A stretch of 62,418 bases of DNA, counting the filler, from Choristocarpus tenellus KU-1152 (lineage: Eukaryota > Protista > Phaeophyceae), in NCBI GenBank assembly GCA_964200185.2. It is 9 parts of 9 records of this genome, joined end to end, with 100 filler letters (N's around TTAATTAATTAA, not from the genome) between each part and the next. Parts side by side here need not be neighbours in the genome. Positions count along the whole stretch, not along the records: positions 34,188 to 40,534 come from CAXNAD020008337.1; positions 40,635 to 43,291 come from CAXNAD020025897.1; positions 43,392 to 62,418 come from CAXNAD020000496.1; 6 more parts are not named here. One strand, written 5' to 3'. Below are positions 36,858 to 49,744 of this stretch, in pieces. How positions within the stretch are numbered: the stretch's first letter is position 1; each line of letters opens with the position of its first letter. A program made the translations under genes and the position numbers. The notes under the pieces were generated by a model. That model worked only from the letters and a program-made list of their open reading frames with translations, had not been told where the DNA came from and did no database searches.

Positions 36858-38355
36858 ATGTTCCGGTCTCGAATGTACAAACGACTGCTGCCGTTGCTTT
36901 GGGTCGTTGGTCTCGCTGTAGCGACACTCAGTCAAGGCATCACCTCAACGGCTCAGCAGAAAACCCTCGCCAGGGAGGCACCGTTGCCGTGGATTCCCCT
37001 AGCACATAGCCAACCCTTAGTTAGCCTACGTGCTGGTGGAGATGTGGGGCAAAAAACAGGCATGGATGGGAGGGGGGCGGGAAGGGGACGGTTGCGAGAG
37101 GCACTGTTCCCAATTTATGGCAAGGGCGAGATGGTGAAATTCTTCACTCTGGGGGGTATACAGTTCTTCATCATCTTCGTGCTTACACTTACACGTGACA
37201 TGAAGGATACCCTCATTGTCACCACCTGTGGTGCCGAGGCTATCTCTTTTCTGAAGGTCCTGTGGGCTTTTTGCCTTGGTCGAGCTTGTTGATGCCTTTT
37301 GAATACTAGTTGTTACTCGGTCTAGACTCCGACCTTATCTCTCTGTCGATATTTCTTGTCCATAGAAGCCGACGCCTGCGCAGTCGATCACCTCTACTTC
37401 ACCACTCTAGCTAGCTGCATTGCACGCTACGGATTATAGGTTGCCAACTTCCTGCTCGCCCCAAACCCTGGTGCCCTGACAGGTCTATGGGGTTCTCCCT
37501 TCTGCAACAGCCTTCATGCTGGGCTACTCCAAGCTTTCGACGATGGTGTCCAAGAGGACCCTGTTCTACACGACCGCATCCCCTTTCTTCGTGTTCTACC
37601 TCATCTTCGCTCTATTGGTGTACCCCCGAACGGACACCCTTCACCCCACCGTTGCACTTGGATCATACCCTGAGGGTTTATCCTATCTGGTCAAGATCTT
37701 TAACAATTGGACCTACGCACTCTTCTACGTTGTCTCTGAGCTCTATTCGTCCGTGAGTTGTGGGGAAGAAGGCACTACTGGACGAACTTTGTGCTGTATC
37801 GTGCTATTCATTGCGAACAGTGCATTTTGAATATGCCAATTATCCACTCTGCTTCCTTTGCTCCAGAGGAAGCTTTCTCAGTGACCTGTGATCCTGGGTC
37901 GAGGTTGGATAATTTAAATGCATCTCAAGTCTAGAGATAGGTATCTCAACATTGATCACATCCTTCCCATCTGGCTCTTTGATACACCATATATAGGTAC
38001 CATTGTTGTTGTACTATCACCCATAAGCACTTATGGTGAGAATACTCACTGTTGAAGCACAAGATGTAAAACTAACTCAATCTAAGTAGTTTAAGCCTCA
38101 ACCAACGTCCAACCTCTAGCGCGTGCGCTCTGCTACTGCCCTTGCTTTTTCTCCTCTGCCTATTGGTGCCAGGCTGGCCCGTACTTTTGTCATTACCACC
38201 CTTTGACCTACTGCCCTGCCCCCCCCCCCCCCCCGGCAGCCTTGTTCCCTATCACATGCCCTACAGATCTCTAACCCTAACCCTAGTGACCACTTCTCCT
38301 TCCCCCGCCATGACCCCCTTTTTTGGTTCGAAGACATGCCTTCTATCCTGTTACA

Positions 38356-38397
<42 letters not shown>

Positions 38398-39659
38398 ACT
38401 CTCCTTTTTGTATCCCCCTGGCTGCTTGCTTACTCCTTTGGTTACAATTTTTTTTGGAACAAACTAGAAGCTTAATGAAGATACGCCTGTCTTTTTTTTC
38501 TGTTAACAATAAGCCCTCCCCACATAGGTCTCGATCGGAGTGCTCTTCTGGCAGTTTGCCAATGACATCGTTCCTGTGAAACAGGCCAAGCGTTTCTACC
38601 CACTGTTTGGGCAGCTGTCCAGCCTTGCACCTGTGGTGGCAGGGCAATGCGTTGTGAGGTTTGCCACCTCGTCCACCTTCACGTACACCCTTCGCCTTCT
38701 TACGGTACGATTACGGTCTTGCATGTATATATATATATATATATATTATTTTTATTTTTATTTTATTTTTTTATTATCTACCTGAAGAAAGTGAGTACAT
38801 TTTTTTTTTTGGTGCCAAGCACATGTACTTTGTGGGTGTGCTTGCTTACTTTGATTCCATTCAATTTACTTCATTTCTGTGTAATGTTGTCGACATCCAC
38901 CAACGCCTCCGTTCCTATTTCATGTGCGTAGTGAATACACCCCCTGGAAGTTCTCCGTTCTCAAGGCCCCATATTCAAACATGTGTACATCTCATCCCAA
39001 CTTCCGTTGTCACTGACAGGAAATCGCTCATTCACACAACACACCCACTCACGCACGCACACACACACCCACACACACAACAACAACAACCTGACTGCTC
39101 CTGTGCTCACACCAGGCACTCATCACGGGCAGTGGTGTAGCCATCTTTGGGCTATACGAGGCATCCAATGCACTAGTCACCCGAGAGAGGACCAAGGCGG
39201 CCTTGGCTTTGGAAGGGGCAGATACGGGTTCGCCATCCAAGGTATGGAAGCGATCGGTAGACCCACGTGGCTGTGCAGCCACTGACGGGGCAAGGGGGTT
39301 ATAGTTCGAGGGTAGATCATTTACCCTAATTTTGTGCTTCTTGTGAAATCTGTTTAGTTGACAGAAGAAGGTACACTCAATGGAAATATTATATTTTTTT
39401 AATTATTGGTTTGGTTTGGTTTGGGTGCGTTGGTGTTGTGTCCTCGGATAATGTTCTGTTGAAGTAGCGTGTGTAGATGAATAGTTTGAAAGTGTAGGTG
39501 TTCTGTGTAGATATGCTTGTTGAATAATTGATTTTACTCTACAGATAGTGGTAATATATCTATGTATGTACCATGTATTTATTCGATCGCTATTTGAAGC
39601 TCGTTTTTGTTTCTGTCTTCAATTTCGTTTTTTTTTTTCAGATACGGGTCAAAACATCT

Positions 39660-39692
<33 letters not shown>

Positions 39693-39737
39693 GGGGGGGG
39701 GGGGGGGGGGGGTTTTTTTTTTTTTTTTTTGTTGTTT

Positions 39738-39769
<32 letters not shown>

Positions 39770-40247
39770 GAGTGTCCATTTGGGGCCACTGGGAATGATT
39801 TTTTTTTTTTACCTCTTATTTATGATGGTGCAACATGTTGAGAGCGGTTTAAATATTTGGAAAGGTGAGGTTGCATTTTTCAAAATCCTTAAGAAATGTA
39901 TGTGAAAAAGTACGTAACTCTTTGTTATTGTTACATTATTTTTTTTCTGTGTACGAGGAAGAAATGCACTAAAATTTTCCTGCTACCAAAACCCTAATTT
40001 TTATGCCCTTACGCTATTGGTCGACAGAAGTAAAACGATAAAAATAATATGGGCTGTAAAAGAAAAAACAAAAAAATCAAAGACCCCCTGTACCCTCGCT
40101 GTACATCTTCCTGATGGATGCATGGTAAGACCAAGAAGCCCAAGCTAGGTCTGCTGGATAGCTTCAAGGTGTTGGGCAAGTCCAAGTATTTGGGCTACTT
40201 ATCCACCCTGGTGCTGGGCTATGGCCTGGCCATCAACATGACGGAAG
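36858..40247 (+). CDS. NTT: Plastid-type nucleotide transporter (TLC/NTT ATP-ADP translocase family), first five exons; 3' part missing
   Basis: Exons 36858(or second Met)-37256, 37483-37752, 38528-38704, 39116-39241, 40130-40247: LTRDMKDTLIVTTCGAEAISFLK|VYGVLP..., NWTYALFYVVSELYSS|VSIGVLFWQFANDIVPVKQAKRFYPLFG, KKPKLGLLDSFKVLGKSKYLGYL; N-terminal signal peptide. Confidence 0.93.
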
Positions 40248-40534
40248 GTGGGACTAACTGCCTAACCCTAACCTTCGGTGTATCGAAGATCGTGTGTTTT
40301 AAAACATCATACGTGTCGAGCTATGTAAGGACAGGAACCTGTGCCGTGTTGGGGTATTAGTTAATGTGCTATATACATCCATCTATATAGATAACGTAAT
40401 TTTGAACTCGGAATTTCGCTTGTGCGTTCTTTTACAGTTTTTTTTTTTTTTAGTTTTTTTTTTTTGTTTTTTGGTGTTTTTCCTTGCATACATGGAACAA
40501 CTAACTTTATTTTTGTATGTAGCGTTGTCTTTGT

Positions 40535-40634
40535 NNNNNNNNNNNNNNNNNNNNNNNNNNNNNNNNNNNNNNNNNNNNTTAATTAATTAANNNNNNNNNN
40601 NNNNNNNNNNNNNNNNNNNNNNNNNNNNNNNNNN
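40535..40634. other. Artificial contig linker
   Basis: N44-TTAATTAATTAA-N44. Confidence 0.99.
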
Positions 40635-40678
<44 letters not shown>

Positions 40679-42033
40679 CGGAAGGGAGGAGAGGGCTGAG
40701 CAAAAACCAAAAAAGAAGGAAATACTCCTTTCCCATCTTAATACTGCACATCATGGATCATCCAATAGACATTCCACCTCCTGAGCACCCGCTTTCCCCC
40801 CACCCACAGACAAGCAAAACTTCAAACACCACGCTTGCACATACTGCTTGCCAATCCTTACACTACAATCAATACCTTGAAAAAGGCAGTTCCTCCCAGT
40901 CCCTTACACCCCTCTTTAGACTTGTATAAAAAAAACCAGTGAAACATGGCATGGAATGAGAAACAACATTTACATCAGTGGAAAAGTCTATAATTCACAT
41001 TGAGTCAGTAGTATGCCTTGGCCCTCAACCCATTTAACCCCCACATTCTCAACTGATCATGATACTGGGATCCATCCTCACTTTCTTGGACCAGCAAACC
41101 CACAAGTACATATTTCCACAAAAATCCTAAACCGCCCTGCCCCCCAATCACACAGGACAGAGCAAAAAGGACCAGAATGTGATAAGTGTCCATTTTCAGG
41201 TTCAATTTCGGCATAGCACATATTGTGGGACACAAATGCCACCGCATCACCCACCCACACCACCTCCATCCTCACTAAAGCAGGTTACCTTTAAGATCAA
41301 CCCACCACCACAATGCGACTCGAGGGGGATAATTTGGGTGAGGAGACACCCAGCAAACTGTCACTGTTCACTTCATTTGTATTCACACAGGCAGGGAGGA
41401 CTGTCAAATGGTACACGGCAGGAGGATCCTCCATCAACTCCACTAAAATTTCAACTACTGTGATGATAGCATACTACCTCCTGGGGCTACAGAGGCTTCT
41501 AGACAGCGGTCCTGACAAAGAGATGAGTAAGAGCATCGCTCGAGCGCTCCCCATTTGGGTGCTAAGGAAACTAGCAGCTAACCAACGACCCTTCACTTCT
41601 CCTGCTGCACCCTCACTTTTAAGTGGTGGCATCCCTACTGATACAACCTAAAACACACAAAACACAAACAATCAAATATCCACCAGATACTAACCTGGCA
41701 TGGCCCCAATCAACCACGCACATGTGCCGCAAACTCTCCTACCCCCCATGAACGACCACGCAACTCCCCCACTTTCCTACACATCGGGCTGATTTAACCC
41801 AACCCACCCATGACAAGCATCGCCCAATACAGTGCATCATCAACACCATAGTAGACACGCTGAAGTAAAGCATGAGAACGTTCATAATAAAAACACACAA
41901 GAATAATAAAAATATACTTTCGAAGTCTAGGCCTACTTCTTGTGCATGAGTATGCTAGGCAACGTATCCCTGCATCTCCCGCTGCCCCCAGACACACACA
42001 CACACCCCACCCCCCCCAACCCTCTTCTCCACA

Positions 42034-43193
42034 TCATGCCCCAGTGGCACCACGACCATAGCGTAGAAAGCACTTATCCACCACCTCCTCCAACTTGTCC
42101 ATGGCCTCCTCGAGATCTTCCCGAGTATGGCCAGCTGATATGCAGATACGTGTGCGCCCTGACATAAGTGAAGTTGCAGGGAAACCCACCACAACAACCT
42201 GTTGGGGTTTACAGGTGGGGAGAACATGTCAGGGATTACTCAACAGTAGGATGCCCCACACATATACTGACTTTAAGGTTTAAGGGTTAGAGTTGGCTTG
42301 AAGGAGGGGTTCTGTATCCAACCTAGAAATATTCTTAAACAATTCGTTGAAAAACTTCAACCAGAAATCTAGAGTTAAGGATCGCTACGGTTCAATAATC
42401 GGGTCAAGTTTAATAATAATAATAATAATAATAATAACCAAACTGAACTGAGAAAGTCCGGTATTATTCAGGTATCTTTCTGATCACAAACACAATGACA
42501 AGTATGAGAACAAACATGTCAGAGATCACAGAACCACATCTTGATTGCAAGGTCACACTACACACAACTCACAACATACACTTCTGTTCATGGATTCAGG
42601 TCTCCCCTCTGAGGTCTGTGGAGGCATTCGAGTTTATGCACAGCGGTACCATGGACCATTCCGGAGAGCGTCCCCCACCTCGTGCACCAACAGTTGAATC
42701 GGAATAATAATTTAAAAAAACTCTCTAGCCGATTTAGTCATGGTCATAATAAATGTTCTCAGTTCACAACACCAACAACAACAAAAAAAGAACCAAGGAC
42801 CGGCAACTTCGAGAATCAAGCAGGAGTAAGGTCCCTCCCTCTTTCTCTACGAGTCGAAGATGTGCAACAACAACAAAAGAAAGAAAAAATGCGATGGGAG
42901 AGAGGAAGGGAAGGGTCTGTCTTCACACCTTATTTTTTGCTTCAACTCTTCTATATCCCAGAGTGCAAATCTAGGACACTTTGCACTCTTAACTGGGCAC
43001 ACCCTGGGGCTCAAGAAACAAGTACTGCGTTCGATCAACACACCAATACCATAGATGCGTTTAACTCACCGCCAATCCCCTATCATAGCATTCACGTGAG
43101 AAGGCGGAGATCTTCGCAGGGACGTAGATCAAAAAGGGAATGACTGGCGAATTATAGTCCCCCAGGACATGAAGCCCCATGTCCTCCAACTTC
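42034..43193 (-). CDS. LCB2: Serine palmitoyltransferase subunit 2, last two exons
   Basis: Exons 43193-43070 (KLEDMGLHVLGDYNSPVIPFLIYVPAKISAFSRECYDRGLA) and 42198-42034 (VVVVGFPATSLMSGRTRICISAGHTREDLEEAMDKLEEVVDKCFLRY...*). Confidence 0.93.
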
Positions 43194-43291
43194 CTGAATC
43201 GAGAAAAAAAAAAATTGAGGGGGGGGGGGGGTTGTGGGGGGGTGAAAAAAATCCACACCCCATAAAATAAAGGGAAAAGACAAAGAAAGAG

Positions 43292-43391
43292 NNNNNNNNN
43301 NNNNNNNNNNNNNNNNNNNNNNNNNNNNNNNNNNNTTAATTAATTAANNNNNNNNNNNNNNNNNNNNNNNNNNNNNNNNNNNNNNNNNNNN
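43292..43391. other. Artificial contig linker
   Basis: N44-TTAATTAATTAA-N44. Confidence 0.99.
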
Positions 43392-43884
43392 TGAGTCTTT
43401 CCCCTGACGCCACCCCCGTGTCAGACAACCGGAACTTGTTGACTGTAAGGCTGTTTCCACTTGGAGGGGCCTTGACGCTTTGATTGGTTCATTATTATTG
43501 ATCAGTGCCCTCATCACTGACCTCCACTTTTGGAGTGTGATAATCAAATCACAAGTTCATCTCACCTTCCCCGTATGGATTCGCTAGGCCACACATTTCA
43601 GGGAGGTAGTATCCACACTGATATTCATGCCTAGTTAAGATTGCTGGTTCTGGCTTAACAGCAGGAATGAGATAGCGACCTTTCACTACAGATAGCATGC
43701 AAAACACACAAGTCCCATAAAATTGGTGCAATATTGGGTATAATAGGAAGCTTACTTCTCAGGGCTATGCACCACTTCGATTCCAATGCAACAATTCAAT
43801 TAATCAAGGAGCAAGAAATACAGGAATTTCTCGATATTCGTTAATAAAGAAATCTGTAGAAGTCAAACCAACAGAGAGATAAGC

Positions 43885-44125
43885 AGGTTTGGACCCTTTT
43901 TACATTATTCTAAGGCATATCACCTACCCCATACAATACACTCTATTTCATTGCTTTATGTATACAATAGCGTACAAAAAATTGGTATTCCCCCTTTCCA
44001 CACACAAATTTACACCACAATTAAGCCAAGGCTCTTACTGAAACAGTAGAAAATGACATATTTCTGTCTCTTTGTTGGGGTCCTTAAAATGGAACCCTGT
44101 CTATATCTCAATTAATTTGGCTCAT
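43885..44125 (+). repeat. Dispersed repeat family C, second copy
   Basis: Homologous to 29720-29965 (reverse). Confidence 0.75.
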
Positions 44126-45781
44126 AGTCGGTGGAGCAGTATGGCATCATGAGTTTACCATAGAGGTGTAAGCAATTCCACGTACTATGTCAATTTTATT
44201 CCAAGTCACGTCGTACAGCTGACTAAAGCAAGATCCGATAAAAAACCCCGCTGCATATTACACAGTGCTGACCTGGGCAAAAAAAGTACATTGAACCATT
44301 TTTAGAAGTCATGAATAACTGGCCCTACTCAGGAGTACGTGAATTCGAGAACTAGTGGGTGCAAATTGTTCCAAAAACAATTTCTGGTAGGTGTGTGATT
44401 TTGCTGCAAATGATTTCAAGTTGTTGAGCGGTGTATGGAATATGCCAATTGTACAGATGTGTGCGAGTCTAAGATATAGTCCTTTCTAGTGTTGTGAATT
44501 GTTGTGAGTTGATCTAATGCCTTGGGTTCCATCAAATTGAAGATAATCAACATAGAAAATCGAGGGGTTAGATTGCATTGGTTACTTCTAGTGCATATGA
44601 GCATTGTGACCTCCTAAAATTCATTGCGGTGCCTTGCAACACTTGGTATGTTTTGACTACAAAATTTTATTGAGCCCATCAAATTTATTCTCACCAAAAC
44701 ATTCAATCCACAACACCAGTGAGTGCACAGATAAGATTATTATTAATCTTTGTGCTTTCTTTTAGAGTTTAGTCAGGGCGCAGATATGATGAAAAGAGAT
44801 AAGCTATTGCATAGGCAAAGATTTTGCTTGTTACAGCTGTTTGTGACCATGCAACCATTGTTGACTTGTCTAGATTCCTGTCTCTGGTTAACCTCCACAT
44901 CAATCTGTGGGGCCCCTTGACTCGGAGGCAAAAATTATTATTTCAAATCCTAGTTTTGTGAATCGTGGTTATTGAATCAGTCCGATAACTATTCAGATAT
45001 TTCTATTTTTCTGGACATGACGCATGAATGTGCCTCTGAGGACGCTGAGTGTGGGTTCCTGCACAACTATTACAGAAACCCATCTGCTGGACATGCCCTT
45101 CCTTGTGTTGAGGATAATGGCTGGAAGTTGAGGGTCAAATGAAGACGCAGAGTCTGCTCTATGGAAGACAATGATCCCTCATGGTTAAGATGGGTCACTT
45201 CCTGAAGGAAGACCATCACATCACGACCCTCACCACAGCATATATATATATATATATGTTTGAAGTGTGTGACTGGTACATTACTCAACGGGAAAGAGGA
45301 AAAAATATGCCATAAAATCATCTTGGGCAGCTGTTGGTGCCTATTCAAGGTCCAACCAGCACAAGGAGTACTTGGAGGAGATGTGGGAGGATGTCAAGGA
45401 TTGAGCCAAAGAAAGTTATGAAGGATGTATACCGACTCCTTGGTGATCCAATTATTCCGTGCGGATTGCTTCCTGTACCTCAAATGTGCCACCATTCTCC
45501 ACAAAGATAATATTGATTAATGGTAACCCACAATGTATGTCAACATTTTAGTGGAAGGTCAGGACTTGGAATAGGGATTTTAAACAGAAATTGAAAGCGC
45601 TTGTAGGAGGAATGAAGGGGAGAACTCGCCTTTCGCTTGTCAACCCTTTTGACAAATATGCTATGATTGTTTTTCATGTTATTTATTTACATCTATCACC
45701 GAAATCCTGTTCCTTCTTCACATTTGAAGTTATGTCAAGGCCACCAATTACATAATATAATATTTTTTGTTTTTAGTTGCC

Positions 45782-46035
45782 GAGTCAAAGTATCTTAGGG
45801 GGTAGAGTCGCGTCCGTTTGGGGGAAAAATCCAATGTTGCGATTTTGGTGTAATTTTGGCTATTGTGTTTGTTAAATGGAAATGTCAATATCATCGTTCC
45901 GAACACACCTTTCATAACGTATACATCTTACCTACTCCAAAATATTTTGGAGTAGGAAAATGACACAAAAAAAACGTGGGAAGCCAAGCCCCAAATGGAC
46001 AAACAGGGCAAAATTTGTACCAAGATCCTTCACTG
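45782..46035 (+). mobile_element. MITE family B, full copy
   Basis: gagtcaaagtatcttaggggg ... aagatccttcactg; flanks tgcc/tgct; colinear with 5117-5374. Confidence 0.85.
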
Positions 46036-47006
46036 TGCTTCTCTGTTTTTTTGTCTGATCTTTGACCTTTCTTCACCCATCTCCCACCTTGCCTCTATCT
46101 AACTTGTTGTTCTGCAATGCTCAGGTGATAGGTTTAGCACACATAGTTACTAAAGCCCATCATGGAAGCACAGGAAACTCTTGAAGGTGACACACGTGCA
46201 ATAGTGTCTCAATTATTCCCACGGTCTATGATGTGATTGGCCTTGTTTGTCAAGGCGTGGACTCTAGATCCGCAAAGACCAAGATAGATGTGTTGTCATT
46301 CGTGGGCTGCGCATGCCCTTTTCCTCAGACATGCTTGATCCATCTCTCCTCTCTCTTCAGACTCCTCCTGAGTTAACTCAGTCAATAATATCTCTAACTC
46401 GACCTCAAACTGTGGACTCCATTCTCTACGCTTGCAATTTGAATACAGGGGCAAGGTCAGCTGTATAGAATGTAACATAGTTTGGGAGTATCATTTCTCC
46501 ATACCGTACATCCAACCAGAAATAACCTCATCTTATCTTGTACAGGCTAGTTTTAGAACAACTTTTCCAGGTGCTTTTTTGACCCTCTTCTATTTACGAA
46601 CAGGTGGGATCGCAATGTCTTCTACAAAGAAATAACCTCACAATTTTTTAGGCATTACTTCACCAATGACACTCTCATCCGTTTCCATCCCCGTCTGTCT
46701 GCCCATTAAGGCCTTTCCCCTGGTCTCAGGAATTAGCATACCTCTGGTGATCGATGCACAAGACTTTTGGAGCAATGTGGAAGTACTGGTGATTGAGGTG
46801 ATGAGTATACTCCAATTTCCCCCCCCCTTATATTCCTATGCAAGGACACACCACAGCCCTAGCACAGTGTGGCAGCAGTGGCAACATCGAGGGTGTAGTC
46901 ACAGTTGCAGCACACATTGAGGGATCACACTACATTGTGCTTCCAACCCCCCCCCCATTGATCCCCTACCCACAGCAGCACCAACCTGTAAGATGTGGAG
47001 TATGAA

Positions 47007-47182
47007 GACCCAAAGTATCTGGGAGGGGGGGGTCTACACCAGGGTGTCCATTTAGGTCAAAATCAGGAAAAGTGTATTTACAGTATCCATCCGACGTATG
47101 CAACCAAATATCCCAAAAATCGCGACATTAAAAAATTGCCCCCAAATGGACAGCTGCCACCCCCTCCCAGATACTTTGAGCC
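47007..47182 (+). mobile_element. MITE family A, full copy
   Basis: TIRs gacccaaagtatctggg / cccagatactttgagcc; 4-bp TSD tgaa. Confidence 0.92.
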
Positions 47183-47199
47183 TGAACTGACATTACTCG

Positions 47200-48300
47200 G
47201 TTGGTGAACCTGTGCTTTTGAACACAAAAAATAGAATTGCAGCGTATTCCGCACTGTACATCTACTTGCCAGCTGCCCATTGAAGCACAAGAGTTGTGAT
47301 GTGTAGAGGAGAAACTGTCACAAAATAGTTGTTGAAGTTGTGGTCTCGAATACAAGAAATTGCCTTTATCTCCCGTGCATAATCCTTTCCTATTGATCCC
47401 CTTCTCAGGGAACTGTTCCTCTGGGTCAGTGCTGCTCCCGACCTCCCTGCCCTGCCATGAGACCCCTGGAGACTCTATCTGAAGCAGGCTGGTTTCCTGA
47501 AGTACAACTTTGAGCAGGTGACTGTTCAAGCAACTGCTGCATGTCCTTGATGGCTCAAAGTATCTGAGAGAGGGTGGTAGCTGTCCATTTGAGGTCAATT
47601 TTTTCATGTCGGCATTTTTTGGTGATTTGGTTGCATACGTCAGATGGATAATCTAAGTGCACTTTACCTGGTATTGGCTCAAATGGACACCCTGGTGTAG
47701 ACCCTAACCCCCCCAGATACTTTGGGTCTGATAGTGCTGACGGAAACTTCAATGCTGGTTGACTATTTAGTCACGTCAGATGTCATTTCCTTGCCAAATG
47801 CGAACCTGTCAGTACAAAACATTGCATGCCTTGGAGGCCTCACCATTTTCCAAACCCGTGGTTAGCAATAGCCTTAAAAGTACCAATGATAGATAGCTTC
47901 AAACCCCATGATCTGACAATCTGTATCGACGCATGAGGCACCACCTCAAGTACATAAAACAGTAGTAGTCCTGTGACCTGACTAGAACAAATTCTTCAAA
48001 GCTAGACAAACACCTCGCCTGTCCCTAGTTATAGCTCATTAAGCTATAAAGCGTTCCTCAAACACATCCACTAATAACTTTTCAGTGTAAGAGAACTGGC
48101 TTCAGATAAGATCCGCCTCACAGTATCCCATGTGGGACATCATTCGTAGTCTTCGATCCTAGACTGTCACCCAGCAGAATAAAGTGCTCCCACCCTCTGG
48201 TTGCTATCTTCCCAAAAATCTCCTTGCTACTGCTTTGCAGCAAGCATTACATTTCGTCCTAAGTTGGGCTAGCGAATGCCCACTTGTCAATTTCATATTC
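47200..48300 (-). pseudogene. Highly decayed Copia RT/RNase H relic
   Basis: KWAF, IATRGW (LVARGF-like), HMGYCEADL (HMDVxxAFL-like), LRNALYSLM (LKKALYGL-like), GVSWQG in the expected order. Confidence 0.45.
47552..47728 (-). mobile_element. MITE family A, full copy (reverse)
   Basis: TIRs ggctcaaagtatctg / cagatactttgggtc; 4-bp TSD tgat. Confidence 0.92.
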
Positions 48301-49744
48301 TCAGCTGTCCAAATCTTTGGGTAGCATCACCCCTTCACTGTGGGGAGCTGGGGCAAGATGACTGTGCTCAATGTGAACCTGTCAAATTGTGGACACATAG
48401 AACGATGTAAGGAAGCTATTTCAAATGCAAGGCCTGAGGGGATACTACCCCAAGAACAAACAAGGGAAATCAACACGGTGTACATACTAGCCTTGATTAC
48501 AATACCACGTTATAATAACTAAACTGCAATACTTGCTTTGAGTGAGTGTGACTCTAGAGTTCTAGGTGCAATGCCAGAGGATATTATTTGAAGTTGCAAG
48601 CTTGCCCCTGTGATGTATCGACCTAACCCTTGCTGTGGTCATGTGCAAACAGTCTTGAACATATAGCGTAGGACAGTTAAAGAGGAAGAGGACAGGGTGC
48701 ACTATTCTTCAAGCTAGGATGCTAGGGAATACATGCTTGCACACTACTCTGGCAAACCTGATGATAATATGCTGGGTGACTAAGGTTTACTGCCAATGAA
48801 TTTATATCAAGATGTGCAATGCCTAGAAGCTCACCTTCGAAAATCTGAGCTCGTTTTTATGATAATTTATCTTCTTTTTCATCCTACCTTCGACACTGCA
48901 ATCACAAGACAAAATAACCGTGTACCAGCTGTTACTTCTGCCCTTCTTCTCAGCATCACCTTTTGTATGAAGCTCAAAAAAGGTGAAGTGTGGAAGGAGA
49001 CTGAGTAGATAAGTATTAAGAAGTAGAAAAAGGAGAACCAGAGTATGAATATTGGTATTAACACTTGGTTTAATCAACCCTTCTACAATGCCTTGTTATA
49101 TGCCCTGGAAAGTTCACCTGCGGAGGATATGGCAGCATCAACATTCGAAATATCACCCAACCTAATTCATATTTACACAAGCCAAAGACGTAGCCATCTT
49201 CTGCGTAATTTGCCACCTGTGCACATCACAGCACCCTAATAATGTCTCCTCATCTGATCCACTTGAAGGCCAATTCGAATATTCCTCTTTCCAGAGCACT
49301 GCAACTGGCACCTGATCAACACTATCATTAACGTTTAAAAAAATGGAAATGATACGACGGATGACCTTCTCTAGGACAAAGATTTGACCTCCAAGAACCT
49401 ATACAAGCGTGATGGATTAATGATCATAATCAGTCCTCACACTCTCACCACTGCTGGTGGTTTCCTGTGCCTCCTAGGATTCTAACAGAAACAGGTTGGG
49501 CGGAATGATGTTCTAAAGTTGAGTGACAACGCATATTATTTCAAAGGGAAGAAATGTAATTGGTAATTGATGATTTTGAGGAATGAATATGTTGTATGTG
49601 ATTGTTTGGGGGTTTGCAAGAAATCGGTTGGATACAGAGGAGGACACTTACAAGAAAACAAACAGGTAAGGGTGGAAAAGTTTACCAAGACTAGGAAGAG
49701 CTTGGAAAGTTAGAGGGTGTTAGACGGGATTTGGGTCCTTCAGT

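Noticed and set aside
39620-39830. Gly/Phe or Pro/Lys homopolymer ORFs; G-quadruplex-like tract
   Set aside because: Poly-G/poly-T runs inside an NTT intron that look like low-quality base calls; not coding
10165-43391. Regularly recurring TTAATTAATTAA within N runs as a biological repeat
   Set aside because: Identical 100-bp six-frame-stop linkers added when contigs were concatenated; ORFs containing X and neighbourhoods across linkers are artefacts
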